This document shows positions 45,303 through 55,340 of a DNA stretch of 64,000 nucleotides, in pieces (position 1 is the first letter of the stretch; each line of letters begins with the position of its first letter). The notes under the pieces are model-generated. The model ran no database searches, was not told the origin of the DNA, and worked only from the letters and a program-made list of their open reading frames with translations. This DNA is from Spirochaetia bacterium (GTDB lineage: Bacteria; Spirochaetota; Spirochaetia; SZUA-6; Bin103): contig OZ251575.1 of NCBI GenBank assembly GCA_965243555.1, positions 864,463 through 928,462 on the forward strand. Reading direction: 5' to 3'. A program made the position numbers and the translations under genes.

Positions 45303-46880
45303 TCAGCGCCGCCACCAGGCCAGCTTGAGCGGCCGGTAGAGGGCCAGAACCGCGGCCCCCGCGGCGCCGCCCAGGGCGGCGGTTAACACCGCGTTGCGCC
45401 AGGTGCTGCCGGGCTGCCACCAAGTTCCGGTGGCCGCGGCCGCCGCCCACAGCAGCAGCGCCAACGCCGCGTTTGCGGCCAGCGTGCGCGCGGCGTGCGG
45501 CAGCAGGCGGCTGCTCCGCAACTCCGGCAGCCGCCGCCGCGCGACCACCAGCAGCAGCGCCGCGCCGGCGGAAAAGGCCACCGAGTTGGCCACCGCCAGG
45601 CCCGCCACCCGTAGCGGCGTTTCCTTCAACAGCAGGGCCAGCGGGACGTCGATGGCGGCGATCAGCAGAGCGCCAAGAAACGGCGTGCGGTAGTCGCCGG
45701 CGGCGAAGAAGTAGCGTTGCGCGAAGGTGAACGCCCCGGCGCTGACCAGCCCGGCGGCGTAGCCGGCCAGCACCCCGGCGGCCAGGGCGGTGCCGGCGGG
45801 CGTGAAGGTCATGCGTTCCAGGGCCACGCGAATCACCGCCTCGCCGAAGAACAGGTAGAACAGGGCCGGGGGCAGCAGCAGATCGGTGATCATCATCAAA
45901 CCGTCGCCAAAGCTGCGCGCCAGCGCCGCGCTCTCGCCGGCCGCGGCGTAGCGGCTCATGCGCGGAAAGTGAGCGGTAACGACCGACACCGAGAAGATGC
46001 CGAAGGGAAGCTGCCAGAACACCAACGCGTTGGCGAGCGCCGAGGTGCTGCCATCCTCCAGCCCGGAGGCGAAGATGATCGATACCTGCTGGATGACGGC
46101 GAACACCGAGGCCGACGCCACCACCGGAATCCACTGCCGCACGATGCGCCGCACGCGCGGGTCGCCGCGCCACCGGAAGTCGGGCCGCAGATCGTAGCCG
46201 CGCCGCAGGAACGCCGGGAGCTGGCCCACTACCCCGCCGACGCCGCCGGCCAGGATGCCGACGCCCGCCGCCGTCAGCCCCCAGTGGCGGTGCAACAGCG
46301 CGATGGCGAGGATCACGTTGACCGAAAACAGCAGCGGCGCCAGCGCCGGCGTCACGAACACGTCGTGGCAGTTGAGCGCGGCCATCAGCACCGAGCTGAT
46401 GCTGACCAGCAACAGATAGGGAAACACCAGCCGGAACAACTCCGCCGCCAGCTCCATCTTCCACGGCTCCGGGAACTCCAGCACCGCGCCCACCACCGGC
46501 TGCGCCAGCACCACGGCGGCCACCACCACGATGCTCACCGCGGCCACCAGCAGGGTCAGCAGGCGGCGTACCAGGGAGCGCGGGTCGCCCGCCTGCGCCG
46601 CCTCCTGCCCCGCCTCCTGCCGCTGCACCGCGCGCGCCAGTTCCGGGATCAGCGCCGAGGAGAGCGCGCCCTCGGCCAGCAGCTTGCGCAGGTTGTTGGG
46701 GATCATGAACACCGCGTTGAGCACGTCGGCGGCGCCGGTAGCGCCGAACACCGCGCCGATCACGGCCACGCGGACGAAGCCGAGCAGCCGCGACAGACTG
46801 GTGCAGATCGCCAGCGCCAGCACCGCGCGGCGCGGGCCGGCCTCGCCACCGGCGCCGCTAGCCTGCGGGGGCTGCGGCAC
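45303..46880 (-). CDS. murJ: Lipid II flippase MurJ.
   Basis: A ~14-transmembrane protein with the MurJ N-terminal motif RLLGFVR...FGA..DA..AVFMIPN.LR.LLAEGALS.A.IP. Confidence 0.85.
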   Translation of the reverse strand: MPQPPQASGAGGEAGPRRAVLALAICTSLSRLLGFVRVAVIGAVFGATGAADVLNAVFMIPNNLRKLLAEGALSSALIPELARAVQRQEAGQEAAQAGDPRSLVRRLLTLLVAAVSIVVVAAVVLAQPVVGAVLEFPEPWKMELAAELFRLVFPYLLLVSISSVLMAALNCHDVFVTPALAPLLFSVNVILAIALLHRHWGLTAAGVGILAGGVGGVVGQLPAFLRRGYDLRPDFRWRGDPRVRRIVRQWIPVVASASVFAVIQQVSIIFASGLEDGSTSALANALVFWQLPFGIFSVSVVTAHFPRMSRYAAAGESAALARSFGDGLMMITDLLLPPALFYLFFGEAVIRVALERMTFTPAGTALAAGVLAGYAAGLVSAGAFTFAQRYFFAAGDYRTPFLGALLIAAIDVPLALLLKETPLRVAGLAVANSVAFSAGAALLLVVARRRLPELRSSRLLPHAARTLAANAALALLLWAAAAATGTWWQPGSTWRNAVLTAALGGAAGAAVLALYRPLKLAWWRR

Positions 46881-48006
46881 CGGCGCCCTCGAGATAGTCG
46901 CTCAGGAAGCGGCGGCGAAAGGCGGCAAAGGCGCCGCGGTCAATGGCGGAGCGGACCTCCTCCAGCAGCCGCGCCATAAAGGCGAGGTTGTGATAGGTAG
47001 TGAGCACCGGGGCCATGATCTCGCGCTGGTTGAACAGGTGGCGCAGGTAGCCGCGGCTGAAGCGAGCGCACACTTTGCAGCCGCAGGCGGGATCCACCGG
47101 CTCGTCGCTGGCGCCGGCCGCGGCGGCGCGCAGGTTCAGCGGCCCGTTGCGGGTAAGGGCGCGCGCGTTGCGCGCCACCCGGGTGGGATACACGCAGTCG
47201 AACATGTCGGCGCCGGCCGCGGCCGCCTCCACCGCGTAGTCGGGGCTGCCCACGCCCATCACGTAGCGCGGCCGGTCCGCCGGCAGCAGCTCCAGCGAGA
47301 GGGTGAGAAACTCCAGGAACTGGCTGCGGCTCTCGCCCACGGAGAGGCCGCCGACGGCGTAACCGGGCAGCTCCAGGCCGCGCAGTTGCTCCGCGGAGCG
47401 GGCGCGCAGGTCGCGGTGAAAGTGGCCCTGCACGATGCCGAACAGCGCCCCCACCCGCCCGCCGGCGCGCCGTTCGGCTTCCCAGGCGCGCTTGCTCGCG
47501 GCCGCCCAGCGGCAGGTCAGCTCCACCGCCCGCTCCGCCTCGCCGCGCCCGGCCGCGGCCGCGCTGCACACGTCCAGCGGCATCAGCACGTCGCTGCCGA
47601 ACGCAACCTGGCTGGCGACGACGCTCGCCGGCGTAAAGGAGAGCGCGCTGCCGTCCAGGTGCGAGCGGAATCGGACTCCATCCTCGTCCAGGCGGCGCAG
47701 GGTTGCCAGCGAGAACACCTGGAAGCCGCCGGAGTCGGTGAGCAGGTTGCCCTCCCAGCCCATGAAGCGATGCAGGCCGCCGGCTTGGCGGATGCGCTCC
47801 GCGCCGGGCCGCACCATCAGGTGGTAGGTGTTGCTCAGCAGCACGCGGAAGCCCAGGTCCGCCAGATCCTCCGGCCACGCCGCCTTGACCGAAGCGCTGG
47901 TTGCCACCGGCATGAACAACGGGGTAGCGGCCGGCCCGCGCCCGGTGACCAGGCGCCCGCGGCGCGCGGCGCTGCCGCGGTCCTGGCGCTCGACGACGAA
48001 CTCCAC
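46858..48006 (-). CDS. tgt: Queuine tRNA-ribosyltransferase.
   Basis: ARRGRL.T..G...TP.FMPV.T, DSGGFQ, and the zinc site CxCxxC...H. Confidence 0.9.
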   Translation of the reverse strand: MEFVVERQDRGSAARRGRLVTGRGPAATPLFMPVATSASVKAAWPEDLADLGFRVLLSNTYHLMVRPGAERIRQAGGLHRFMGWEGNLLTDSGGFQVFSLATLRRLDEDGVRFRSHLDGSALSFTPASVVASQVAFGSDVLMPLDVCSAAAAGRGEAERAVELTCRWAAASKRAWEAERRAGGRVGALFGIVQGHFHRDLRARSAEQLRGLELPGYAVGGLSVGESRSQFLEFLTLSLELLPADRPRYVMGVGSPDYAVEAAAAGADMFDCVYPTRVARNARALTRNGPLNLRAAAAGASDEPVDPACGCKVCARFSRGYLRHLFNQREIMAPVLTTYHNLAFMARLLEEVRSAIDRGAFAAFRRRFLSDYLEGAGAAAPAG

Positions 48007-48017
48007 GCCGCTCCCCG

Positions 48018-49118
48018 TCAGGTGCGCGCCACTTGCAGCAGCGTCACGCCGGCCAGCAGGAACAGCAGCAGCGCGCCGAACGCCCCCGCCTCCGGCGACA
48101 GCACGCCGAGCTGGGCCAGGATGCCGCCCACTAGGCGCAGCACGTAGAACACCACGGCGATGGCCAACGCCAGCAGCATGCTCATCAGCACGATGTTGCG
48201 GCGCATCAGGCCGCCCACCGCGGCGGCGATCAGCGTTACCGCCAGCGGGGTGGCGGCGAAGCTGAGCTTGCCGTAGGATTCGGTCAGCGCGGCGCGGTAG
48301 TCGCGCCCGGCGCGGCGCAGGGTCTCCACCCAGGCCAGCGCGTCGCGGTAGCGCATCTCGTTCACCTCCCGGTTGCCGCGGCGGAACGCCGCCGGCCCCT
48401 CGGCGAACGCGGCTGCCGAGTAGCTCTCCCGGTGCTCCTCCTCCATCGCCGCCGGACCGTTGCCGTGGCCGTTGCCGGCGCCGCCGCTCCGGGAAAACCG
48501 CCGCACGTTCTCGAACCGCCAGCGGTCCTCCTCCCAGCGCGCCCGCTCGGCGTCCAGCCGCATCGCCACCCCGCCGTCCGGGGCGCGTTGGATCACCAGC
48601 ACGTCGGTGAGCTCGGCGCGTTCGTCGTCGTAGCTGCCGGCATGGTACACCACGCTACGGTCGGCGCTGGTAATGGTCACGTTGAAGTTGTCCAGCGGCA
48701 GACTGAGGTCCAGCGCGGTGCGGTGCAGCCGGTTCTTGAGGCGCAGGGTGTCGATCGCCACCGCGTCCTCGAACAGAAACAGGGCGCCGCTCAGCAGCGC
48801 GCCGAGCAGCGCCAGCGGCGCCACCAGCCGGCGCAGGCTCACGCCGGAGCCGAAGATGGCGATCAGCTCGTTGCGCGCGTAGCAGGTGCCCATGGTATGG
48901 GCGACCGCGAACAGCAGCGCGACCGGCACCGCGAAGATGACGCAGGTGGGCAGGTACAGCAGCGCGATGCGCGCAATCGTCCCCGGGGCCACGCCGGCGG
49001 ACAGGTAGCGGTACAGGTTGGGCGTCAGGTCGGCCAGCTCCAGAATCAGGACGAAGAACAGCACCGCGATGGCGAACACCGGCAGCAGCGAGCTCAGGAT
49101 CATGCGCTGTAGCCGCAT
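48018..49118 (-). CDS. lptG: LptF/LptG-family LPS export permease (probable LptG).
   Basis: YjgP/YjgQ-family topology. I trimmed the track ORF to MRLQRMILSS. The upstream Arg-rich part is shadow. Confidence 0.7.
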   Translation of the reverse strand: MRLQRMILSSLLPVFAIAVLFFVLILELADLTPNLYRYLSAGVAPGTIARIALLYLPTCVIFAVPVALLFAVAHTMGTCYARNELIAIFGSGVSLRRLVAPLALLGALLSGALFLFEDAVAIDTLRLKNRLHRTALDLSLPLDNFNVTITSADRSVVYHAGSYDDERAELTDVLVIQRAPDGGVAMRLDAERARWEEDRWRFENVRRFSRSGGAGNGHGNGPAAMEEEHRESYSAAAFAEGPAAFRRGNREVNEMRYRDALAWVETLRRAGRDYRAALTESYGKLSFAATPLAVTLIAAAVGGLMRRNIVLMSMLLALAIAVVFYVLRLVGGILAQLGVLSPEAGAFGALLLFLLAGVTLLQVART

Positions 49119-50395
49119 CGCCACCGCCACGTCAGGTAGAGCGCGCCCGACAGCGCCAGCACCGCCAGGTTGGGGGCCCAGATCGCCAGGGCCGGAGCGA
49201 ACTGATGGCGCAGCCCGCCGCCGTGGGCCGACACCAGCAGCGACCAGTATCCCGCCGCCACCACCATTCCCACCAGCAGGCCGTAGGCGCGGCCGCTGCG
49301 CGGCGCCAGGAACGCCGCGGGCACGGCGAACAGCGAAAAGATCAGGCACGCCGCCGGCATCGCCAGCTTCTTGTGGAACTCGAACAGGTGGTTGCGCAGC
49401 TCGGCGTCCGGCTCCGGCGCGGCCGCCGCGGCCAGGGCGCGGTGCTCGTCCGCGAGCCGCTGCCGCTCCTGCCGGAGCAGCGCGTCGCGTTGGTCCGGCG
49501 GCGCCTCCGCCACCCGCCCGGCGGCGGCGCCGACCGCGTGCAGCAGGGCATGCGCGGTCACCGCGTCTTGCTCCCGCCGGCGTTGTTGCCGCTGCTCGCG
49601 CCGCAACGTGATGGCGCGCCACACGTCGATCGAGCTCTGCGCGGCCGGCCCGATTTCCACCAGCGCCTCGACGATCTCCGGGAGCACGATGTTGTACTCC
49701 ATGCCGGCGGCGCGGGCGTATTCGAAGTCGCCCCGGTCGGCGCCGATCAGATGGGTAAACACGGCGCCGAGCTGCAGCGAGATCACCCCCGCCTGCAAGC
49801 CGCTCTCGCGCAGGCCCACCGTGCCCGCGGTAATCACGCGCTGGCGGCCGGAGTCGGCGCGATCGATAATCGTCACCTCTTCCAGCGCGCCGCCGCGCAG
49901 GCCGCCGGTTACGATGGAGCTGTCCTCGAAGTGGGTTACCGTGTTCGGCTCCAGCTCCAGCCCCGGATTGTGATTCAGGATGCGGCGGTAGACGCGGTTG
50001 AACTCGATGGTGCCGGCCGGCAGCAGCACGTCGTTGGTGGCGAACGACAGCCCCGAAAACAGCACCCCCAGGAACACCAGCGGCGCCATTCCCCCCAACA
50101 GGCGGATCCCGGCGGCCTGCAGGGCAACCAGTTCCCGGTCGGCGCGCAGCCGCCCCAGCGCCATGAGCGCGCCGAGCAGCGTGGCGAAGGGCAGCGCCAG
50201 GTGGATGATCTGCGGCAGCGAGTAGAGTACCAGCAACCCCACGTCGCCGATCGGCACCTGCCGGGCCATGATGTCGGAGGCGGTTACCAGCAGCACGTTG
50301 ATGAAGAAGATGGAAAAGAAGAACAGGAACGAAACCAGAACCGAAATCAGGAACTCGCGCGCCACGTAGCGCGTCAGCAGGCCGCTACGGTACAT
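49100..50395 (-). CDS. lptF: LptF/LptG-family LPS export permease (probable LptF).
   Basis: Start MYRSGLLTRYVAREFL (typical LptF). Six transmembrane helices and a periplasmic domain. Confidence 0.7.
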   Translation of the reverse strand: MYRSGLLTRYVAREFLISVLVSFLFFFSIFFINVLLVTASDIMARQVPIGDVGLLVLYSLPQIIHLALPFATLLGALMALGRLRADRELVALQAAGIRLLGGMAPLVFLGVLFSGLSFATNDVLLPAGTIEFNRVYRRILNHNPGLELEPNTVTHFEDSSIVTGGLRGGALEEVTIIDRADSGRQRVITAGTVGLRESGLQAGVISLQLGAVFTHLIGADRGDFEYARAAGMEYNIVLPEIVEALVEIGPAAQSSIDVWRAITLRREQRQQRRREQDAVTAHALLHAVGAAAGRVAEAPPDQRDALLRQERQRLADEHRALAAAAAPEPDAELRNHLFEFHKKLAMPAACLIFSLFAVPAAFLAPRSGRAYGLLVGMVVAAGYWSLLVSAHGGGLRHQFAPALAIWAPNLAVLALSGALYLTWRWRCGYSA

Positions 50396-50446
50396 CCTCT
50401 ACCCCGCTTGGTCCGCCGCCGGCCGCCGGCGCCTGCCCGCGGCCCG

Positions 50447-51721
50447 CTACCAGTCGAACGGCACGCGGCGCAGGTCGTCCACGTTTCCGGTACCGTAGGC
50501 GAGCAGATTGAAGCCGCCCGGCTGCAGCAGGCGGGCGCTCAGCGCGGCCACCTCGCGGGCGCTTACCGAGCGCAGCAGCCGCGCCGCCCGGTCCATCTCG
50601 AGCACCCGTCCGAACATCTGATACTGCCCCGCCAGCCGCTTCATGCGGGTTTCCATGTCCTCTTTGGCAAACACCATGCTGCCGGTGACGTGGCTGATCG
50701 CCGCGTCCACCTCGGCCTCGGAGAGCGGCTCGTCGGCCAGGCGCCGCAACTCCCGATTCAACGCCTGCAGCAGTCTCGCGGCCAGCTCCGGCATCGCGTT
50801 GGCGTAGATTCCCCAACCCCAGACGTCGGAGTAGTGACTGCGAAACGATTCCACGGTGTAGCACAATCCCTGATCTTCGCGCAGGTGCTGGAACAGGCGC
50901 GAGCTCATCGACTCGCCGAACGCCGTGGACAGCACCACCAGCGCGAGATAGGCCGCCGGGTCGGCGGCCGGCTCGAAGGTGGTGCCAAGGTACACCTGGG
51001 TCTGCTGATGGTGGCCGGCGGCGTAGTCGCGCGCGGCATGGCGCCGCGGCCGCTCCCGCGCCGGCGCCGCCTCCGCCGCGTTCCCGTCCCCGGCCCCGGC
51101 AGCCGGCAGCCGCTCGCTCAGGGTGCGCGCCAGCGCGTCGGCGTCCAGCGCGCCGGCGGCCGCCACCGTCAGGTGGCGGGGATGGCAACGGCTGCGGTAG
51201 AAGGCGGCGAGGGCCTGCCGCTCGATGCGCTCCACCTCCGCCACCACGCCGGCGACGCGCGCCGCCAGCGGATGGGAGCGCCACAGGCCCTCCACGAACA
51301 GTTGGTACGCCTGCTCGTCCGGGGCGTCCTCGGCGGCGCGGATCTCGTTGCTCACCACCACTTTTTCCTTAGCGATCTCCGCCTCGGCCAGCGCCGCCGA
51401 GGTCACCATGTCGCACAGAATATCCAGCGCCAGCGGCGCGTGGTCCGCCGGCAGGGTGCAGTAGAAGCAGGTGGTCTCCTTGTCGGTAAAGGCGTTGATC
51501 GACCCCCCGACGCGGTCCACCTGCAAGGCAATGTCCAACGCGGAACGCCGCGCCGTGCCCTTGAACAGCATGTGTTCCAGGAAGTGGGCGTAGCCGCGCT
51601 GGTGGGAAAGTTCGTCGCGCGAGCCGGTCGGGTACCAGAACCCGAGCGAACAGGTTGCGGTAGTGGTGACCGGCTCGCAAAGCAGGGTGACGCCGTTGGC
51701 GAGCGTCCCCTGCTCGATCAA
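50447..51721 (-). CDS. M16-family zinc peptidase (insulinase-like).
   Basis: The inverted zinc-binding motif HFLEH..F.GT. The classic position upstream of pnp. Confidence 0.8.
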   Translation of the reverse strand: MIEQGTLANGVTLLCEPVTTTATCSLGFWYPTGSRDELSHQRGYAHFLEHMLFKGTARRSALDIALQVDRVGGSINAFTDKETTCFYCTLPADHAPLALDILCDMVTSAALAEAEIAKEKVVVSNEIRAAEDAPDEQAYQLFVEGLWRSHPLAARVAGVVAEVERIERQALAAFYRSRCHPRHLTVAAAGALDADALARTLSERLPAAGAGDGNAAEAAPARERPRRHAARDYAAGHHQQTQVYLGTTFEPAADPAAYLALVVLSTAFGESMSSRLFQHLREDQGLCYTVESFRSHYSDVWGWGIYANAMPELAARLLQALNRELRRLADEPLSEAEVDAAISHVTGSMVFAKEDMETRMKRLAGQYQMFGRVLEMDRAARLLRSVSAREVAALSARLLQPGGFNLLAYGTGNVDDLRRVPFDW

Positions 51722-54081
51722 CCGTCGCTCCGGCGATAGCCCGAATCGGAGCGCCCGCGGTCGCGGTCACGATCGCGGTCCCGGTCGAAGCGGCCGCGCC
51801 GCGGCGGGCGCCCGCGGTCGCGGTCGCGATCCCGGTCCCGGTCGGGGCGCCGGTCGCGGCCCCAATCACCGTCGCGGCGCCCGCCGTCCCGCCGCCCGCC
51901 GTCGCGGCGGCCACCGTCACGCGGGCGCCCGCCGTCGCGGCGCCCGGCCAGCGCCGGGCGCGAGTCGGCGAAGCGCCCCACCGGCAGCTCGTCGCTGTCG
52001 AACGCCTCGGCGTTGGCCAGGTTGGAGCGTCCGAGACGGTCGATCTCGATCAGCCGCACGCGCACTTCCTGACCGATCTCCAGCACGTCGGACACCGAGT
52101 CCACGTGCTCGCGGGAAATCTTGGAGATGTGCAGCAGCCCCTCCTTGCCGGGCAGGAACTCCACGAACGCGCCGAAGTCCATGATGCGCTTTACCGTGCC
52201 GTCGTAGTCCTTGCCGATTTCCGGTTCCTCGACCGCGGCCTTGACCAGCTCCAGCGCCTTCTCGGCGGCCTGCTTGCGCCGCGCGAAGATCGTGATCGTG
52301 CCGTCGCGGCCCACGTTCACGTCCGCCCCGCTCTGCTCGGTAATCGCGCGGATGTTGGCGCCGCCGGTGCCGATCAACGCGCCGATCTTGTCCTCGGGAA
52401 TGGTGGTGGTCAGGATCTGCGGAGCGTGGTCGGAGACGTCGCGCCGCGGCTCCTTGATGGTGGCGGCCATGATCTCCAGAATCTTGAGGCGTCCGGCCTT
52501 GGCCTTCTCCAGCGCCTGCTGCAGCACGGCGCGATCTACCCCGGCCACCTTGATGTCCATCTGAAACGCGGTGATGCCGTTTTCGGTGCCGGCGACCTTG
52601 AAGTCCATGTCGCCGAGGTGATCCTCTTCGCCGAGGATGTCGCTGAGCACCACGTGGCGCTCGCCGTCGGTGACCAACCCCATCGCAATGCCGGCCACCG
52701 ACTTCTTGATCGGCACTCCGGCGTTGAGCAGGCTCAGGGTGCCGCCGCATACCGAGGCCATGGAGGAGGAGCCGTTGGACTCCAGGATCTCCGAAACCAG
52801 GCGGATCGTGTAGGGAAACTCCTCCTTGGAGGGAATCATCCCCTCCAGCGCCCGCTCGGCCAAGTGGCCGTGGCCCACCTCGCGCCGCCCGGTGCCGAGG
52901 CGCCCGGTCTCCCCCACCGAGAACGGCGGAAAGTTGTAGTGCAGCATGAAGCCCTTGCGGGTGTCGTGATCGGTTTCCAGCGCGTCCAGGACGCGCAGCT
53001 CGTCGCTCTCGCTGCCCAGGGTGGAGAGTGCCAGCGCCTGGGTCTCGCCGCGCGTGAACAGCGCGGAGCCGTGGGAGCGCGGCAGCACGTCCACTTCGCA
53101 GGTGATGGGCCGAATGTCGTCCGGCCCGCGCCCGTCGGTGCGTACCTGCCGCGACAGGATCGACTCCCGCACCACGTGGGTCTCCAGGTCTTCCAGCAGG
53201 GCGCGCGCCCGCCCCCGCTCGTCCTCCGCGACGCGCTCCGCGAACTGCTCCAGAGCGGCGGCGGCGACCTCCTTGATGGCGTTGGAGCGCTCGAACTTGC
53301 CCTTGACGAAGCACGCCTCCTGCATCTTCGGCAGCGCCCACTGCCACAGCTCATCGTGCACGGCGAGCGGCGCCGGCGCCGCCGGCAACGGCAGCTTGGC
53401 GCCGCGCCCGGCGGCGGCCGCAAGCTGCTGCTGCAGCGCGCACAGCTCCTTGATGCGCTCGTGCGCCAGGGTCACCGCCTCCACCATGCGCTCCTCGCCG
53501 GCCTCGGCGGCGCCGCCTTCGACCATGGTGATTCCGGTAGCGGTGCCCGCCACCACGATTTCCAGAGTCGCCTCGGCGCGCTGCTCGTAGGTGGGATTGA
53601 CCACCAGCTCGCCGGCCACTTCGGCGACGCGCACCGCGCCGACCGGCCCGTCGAACGGTATGTCGGAGATGGTCACCGCGGCGGACGCCGCCACCATCGC
53701 CACCACGTCGGGCGGGTTCTCCTGGTCGGCGGAAATTACCGTGGGCACCACCTGGATGTCGCGCTTGAACGCCTTGCTGAACAGCGGCCGCAACGGCCGG
53801 TCAATGAGCCGCGACACCAGAATCTCGCGATCCTTGGGGCGGCCTTCCCGTTTGAAGATCGACCCCGGAATCTTGCCGGCCGCGTACGCCTTCTCGTTGT
53901 ACTCCACCTGCAGCGGTACGTAGTCGAGGCCGTCAATGGTGTTTTCCGAACAGCACACCGTGGCCAGAACGGCCGACCCGCCATACTCGGCGTATACCGC
54001 GCCGTTGGCCTGCCGCGCCAGGCGGCCGGTCTCGAGAATCAATTCCTGGCTGCCGAGGCGGCAGCTTACTCGTTGTAACAT
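51718..54081 (-). CDS. pnp: Polyribonucleotide nucleotidyltransferase (PNPase), with an unusual RD/RG-rich C-terminal extension of ~90 aa.
   Basis: Two RNase PH domains, KH and S1 domains. The tail reads [44 protein letters not shown]... Confidence 0.95.
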   Translation of the reverse strand: MLQRVSCRLGSQELILETGRLARQANGAVYAEYGGSAVLATVCCSENTIDGLDYVPLQVEYNEKAYAAGKIPGSIFKREGRPKDREILVSRLIDRPLRPLFSKAFKRDIQVVPTVISADQENPPDVVAMVAASAAVTISDIPFDGPVGAVRVAEVAGELVVNPTYEQRAEATLEIVVAGTATGITMVEGGAAEAGEERMVEAVTLAHERIKELCALQQQLAAAAGRGAKLPLPAAPAPLAVHDELWQWALPKMQEACFVKGKFERSNAIKEVAAAALEQFAERVAEDERGRARALLEDLETHVVRESILSRQVRTDGRGPDDIRPITCEVDVLPRSHGSALFTRGETQALALSTLGSESDELRVLDALETDHDTRKGFMLHYNFPPFSVGETGRLGTGRREVGHGHLAERALEGMIPSKEEFPYTIRLVSEILESNGSSSMASVCGGTLSLLNAGVPIKKSVAGIAMGLVTDGERHVVLSDILGEEDHLGDMDFKVAGTENGITAFQMDIKVAGVDRAVLQQALEKAKAGRLKILEIMAATIKEPRRDVSDHAPQILTTTIPEDKIGALIGTGGANIRAITEQSGADVNVGRDGTITIFARRKQAAEKALELVKAAVEEPEIGKDYDGTVKRIMDFGAFVEFLPGKEGLLHISKISREHVDSVSDVLEIGQEVRVRLIEIDRLGRSNLANAEAFDSDELPVGRFADSRPALAGRRDGGRPRDGGRRDGGRRDGGRRDGDWGRDRRPDRDRDRDRDRGRPPRRGRFDRDRDRDRDRGRSDSGYRRSDG

Positions 54082-54102
54082 GTAGTTCGTTCCTTGTTTT
54101 GG

Positions 54103-54384
54103 TTAGCGGCGCAGGCCGAGGGCGGCCAGAGTCGCGCGGTAGCGCTCCAGGTCGCTGTTGCGCAGGTAGCGCAGAAGCCGGCGGCGCTTGCCTACCATCT
54201 TCAGCAGGCCGCGGCGGGAGGCGTGGTCCTTGCGGTGCTCGCGAAAGTGCTCGGTCAACTGTTGAATGCGCCGCGTGAGCAGCGCAATCTGTACTTCGGT
54301 GCGTCCGGTATCGCGTCCGGAACCGTCGTCATCGGAACCAAACTCGCCGATGATCGCGGTTACTTGCTTTGGGTCGAGAGCCAA
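54103..54384 (-). CDS. rpsO: 30S ribosomal protein S15.
   Basis: Size and motifs ([19 protein letters not shown]...H.KD..SRRGLL) match S15. Confidence 0.9.
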   Translation of the reverse strand: MALDPKQVTAIIGEFGSDDDGSGRDTGRTEVQIALLTRRIQQLTEHFREHRKDHASRRGLLKMVGKRRRLLRYLRNSDLERYRATLAALGLRR

Positions 54385-55313
54385 TGTTCCTTACTTCTCC
54401 TGTATCGTGGGATGTCGCGGCGCGTCTCGAGCTGCCGGTGAAACCGCAGGACTTCGGGAGCGCATGGCAGGTTGGCCGGCCACGCGCAACGCACGCCGTC
54501 GGCCGCTACCTCGACCTCGGCCGCTACCGTGCCGCCGCCGGCTACCACCGCCGACGCGGCGTAGGTTCCCGGCGGCGGAAGAATCTGTTCCAACGGCCCC
54601 GCGGCGACGTACGCCGCGGCGCCGTTTGCCGTTGCGCGGCAGGTTGAGCCCGCCCGGCGGCCAGCCTCGCGGCGAATCGTGCCCACTCTGCGGATCGTGC
54701 CCGCGGTGCCCGCCCCCCGAAGATCAACCTCGAACGGCAAGCCCATCATTTCGTGGGCCGCGGCGAAGTCTCCTGCCCGCACCGCCGCCCGAATCCTGGT
54801 GCTGCTGACGGCCGCGCTGCCGTTTTCCGTACCGCCTCCGGCCATCACCGGCGGCACTACCGCAACCGGCACTCCGGCCGGAGACAACAGCCGCCGCAGC
54901 TCAACCACGTCGGTGTCGCGCCCGCGGCCGCAACGAAAATCCACACCGACCACCAACTTGCGGAGCTCCGTGACGCGCAGCAGCGCGGCGATGAACTCCC
55001 TGCCTGATAGTCTACTGAATTGTACGGAAAAGTCAATCAGTATCAGATCGGTCACGCCCAGCGCCGCGAACCGCTCGCGCCGCTGGCGCAGCGTGGTCAG
55101 CGTCCCCGGATGCTCCCCGGCCAGCACCGCGCGCGGGTGTTGGCGAAAGGTCAGCACCGCGCGGCGAACCCCCGCCGCGGCGCCCGCGGCCAGCCGCCGC
55201 AGAATCTCACGGTGACCGCGGTGCACCCCGTCGAAGGTACCGATCGCCAGCCGCACCGGGCCGCGCAGCGCCTCGCGCCCGGCGGTCAGGCCGTGCCAGG
55301 TGGTGACCACCAT
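54360..55313 (-). CDS. ribF: Bifunctional riboflavin kinase / FMN adenylyltransferase.
   Basis: [12 protein letters not shown] and the downstream kinase domain. Its 3' end overlaps the rpsO start by ~25 nt. Confidence 0.85.
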   Translation of the reverse strand: MVVTTWHGLTAGREALRGPVRLAIGTFDGVHRGHREILRRLAAGAAAGVRRAVLTFRQHPRAVLAGEHPGTLTTLRQRRERFAALGVTDLILIDFSVQFSRLSGREFIAALLRVTELRKLVVGVDFRCGRGRDTDVVELRRLLSPAGVPVAVVPPVMAGGGTENGSAAVSSTRIRAAVRAGDFAAAHEMMGLPFEVDLRGAGTAGTIRRVGTIRREAGRRAGSTCRATANGAAAYVAAGPLEQILPPPGTYAASAVVAGGGTVAAEVEVAADGVRCAWPANLPCAPEVLRFHRQLETRRDIPRYRRSKEHWLSTQSK

Positions 55314-55340
55314 CAGCCGGCCCCCGGCCGCGCGCGCGCC

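Noticed and set aside
42466-46464. 1332-aa minus-strand ORF.
   Set aside because: It spans the antisense of the GreA-domain gene and part of murJ. Its composition is Arg/Gly/Ala-biased. The sense-strand genes have unambiguous family signatures.
52105-54078. 657-aa plus-strand ORF. Similar cases: 56455..60297 (plus), 55020..55799 (plus), 49205..51739 (plus) and 46531..48147 (plus).
   Set aside because: Antisense to pnp, infB and nusA, truB, the lptF and M16 peptidase genes, and tgt respectively. Shadow ORFs.
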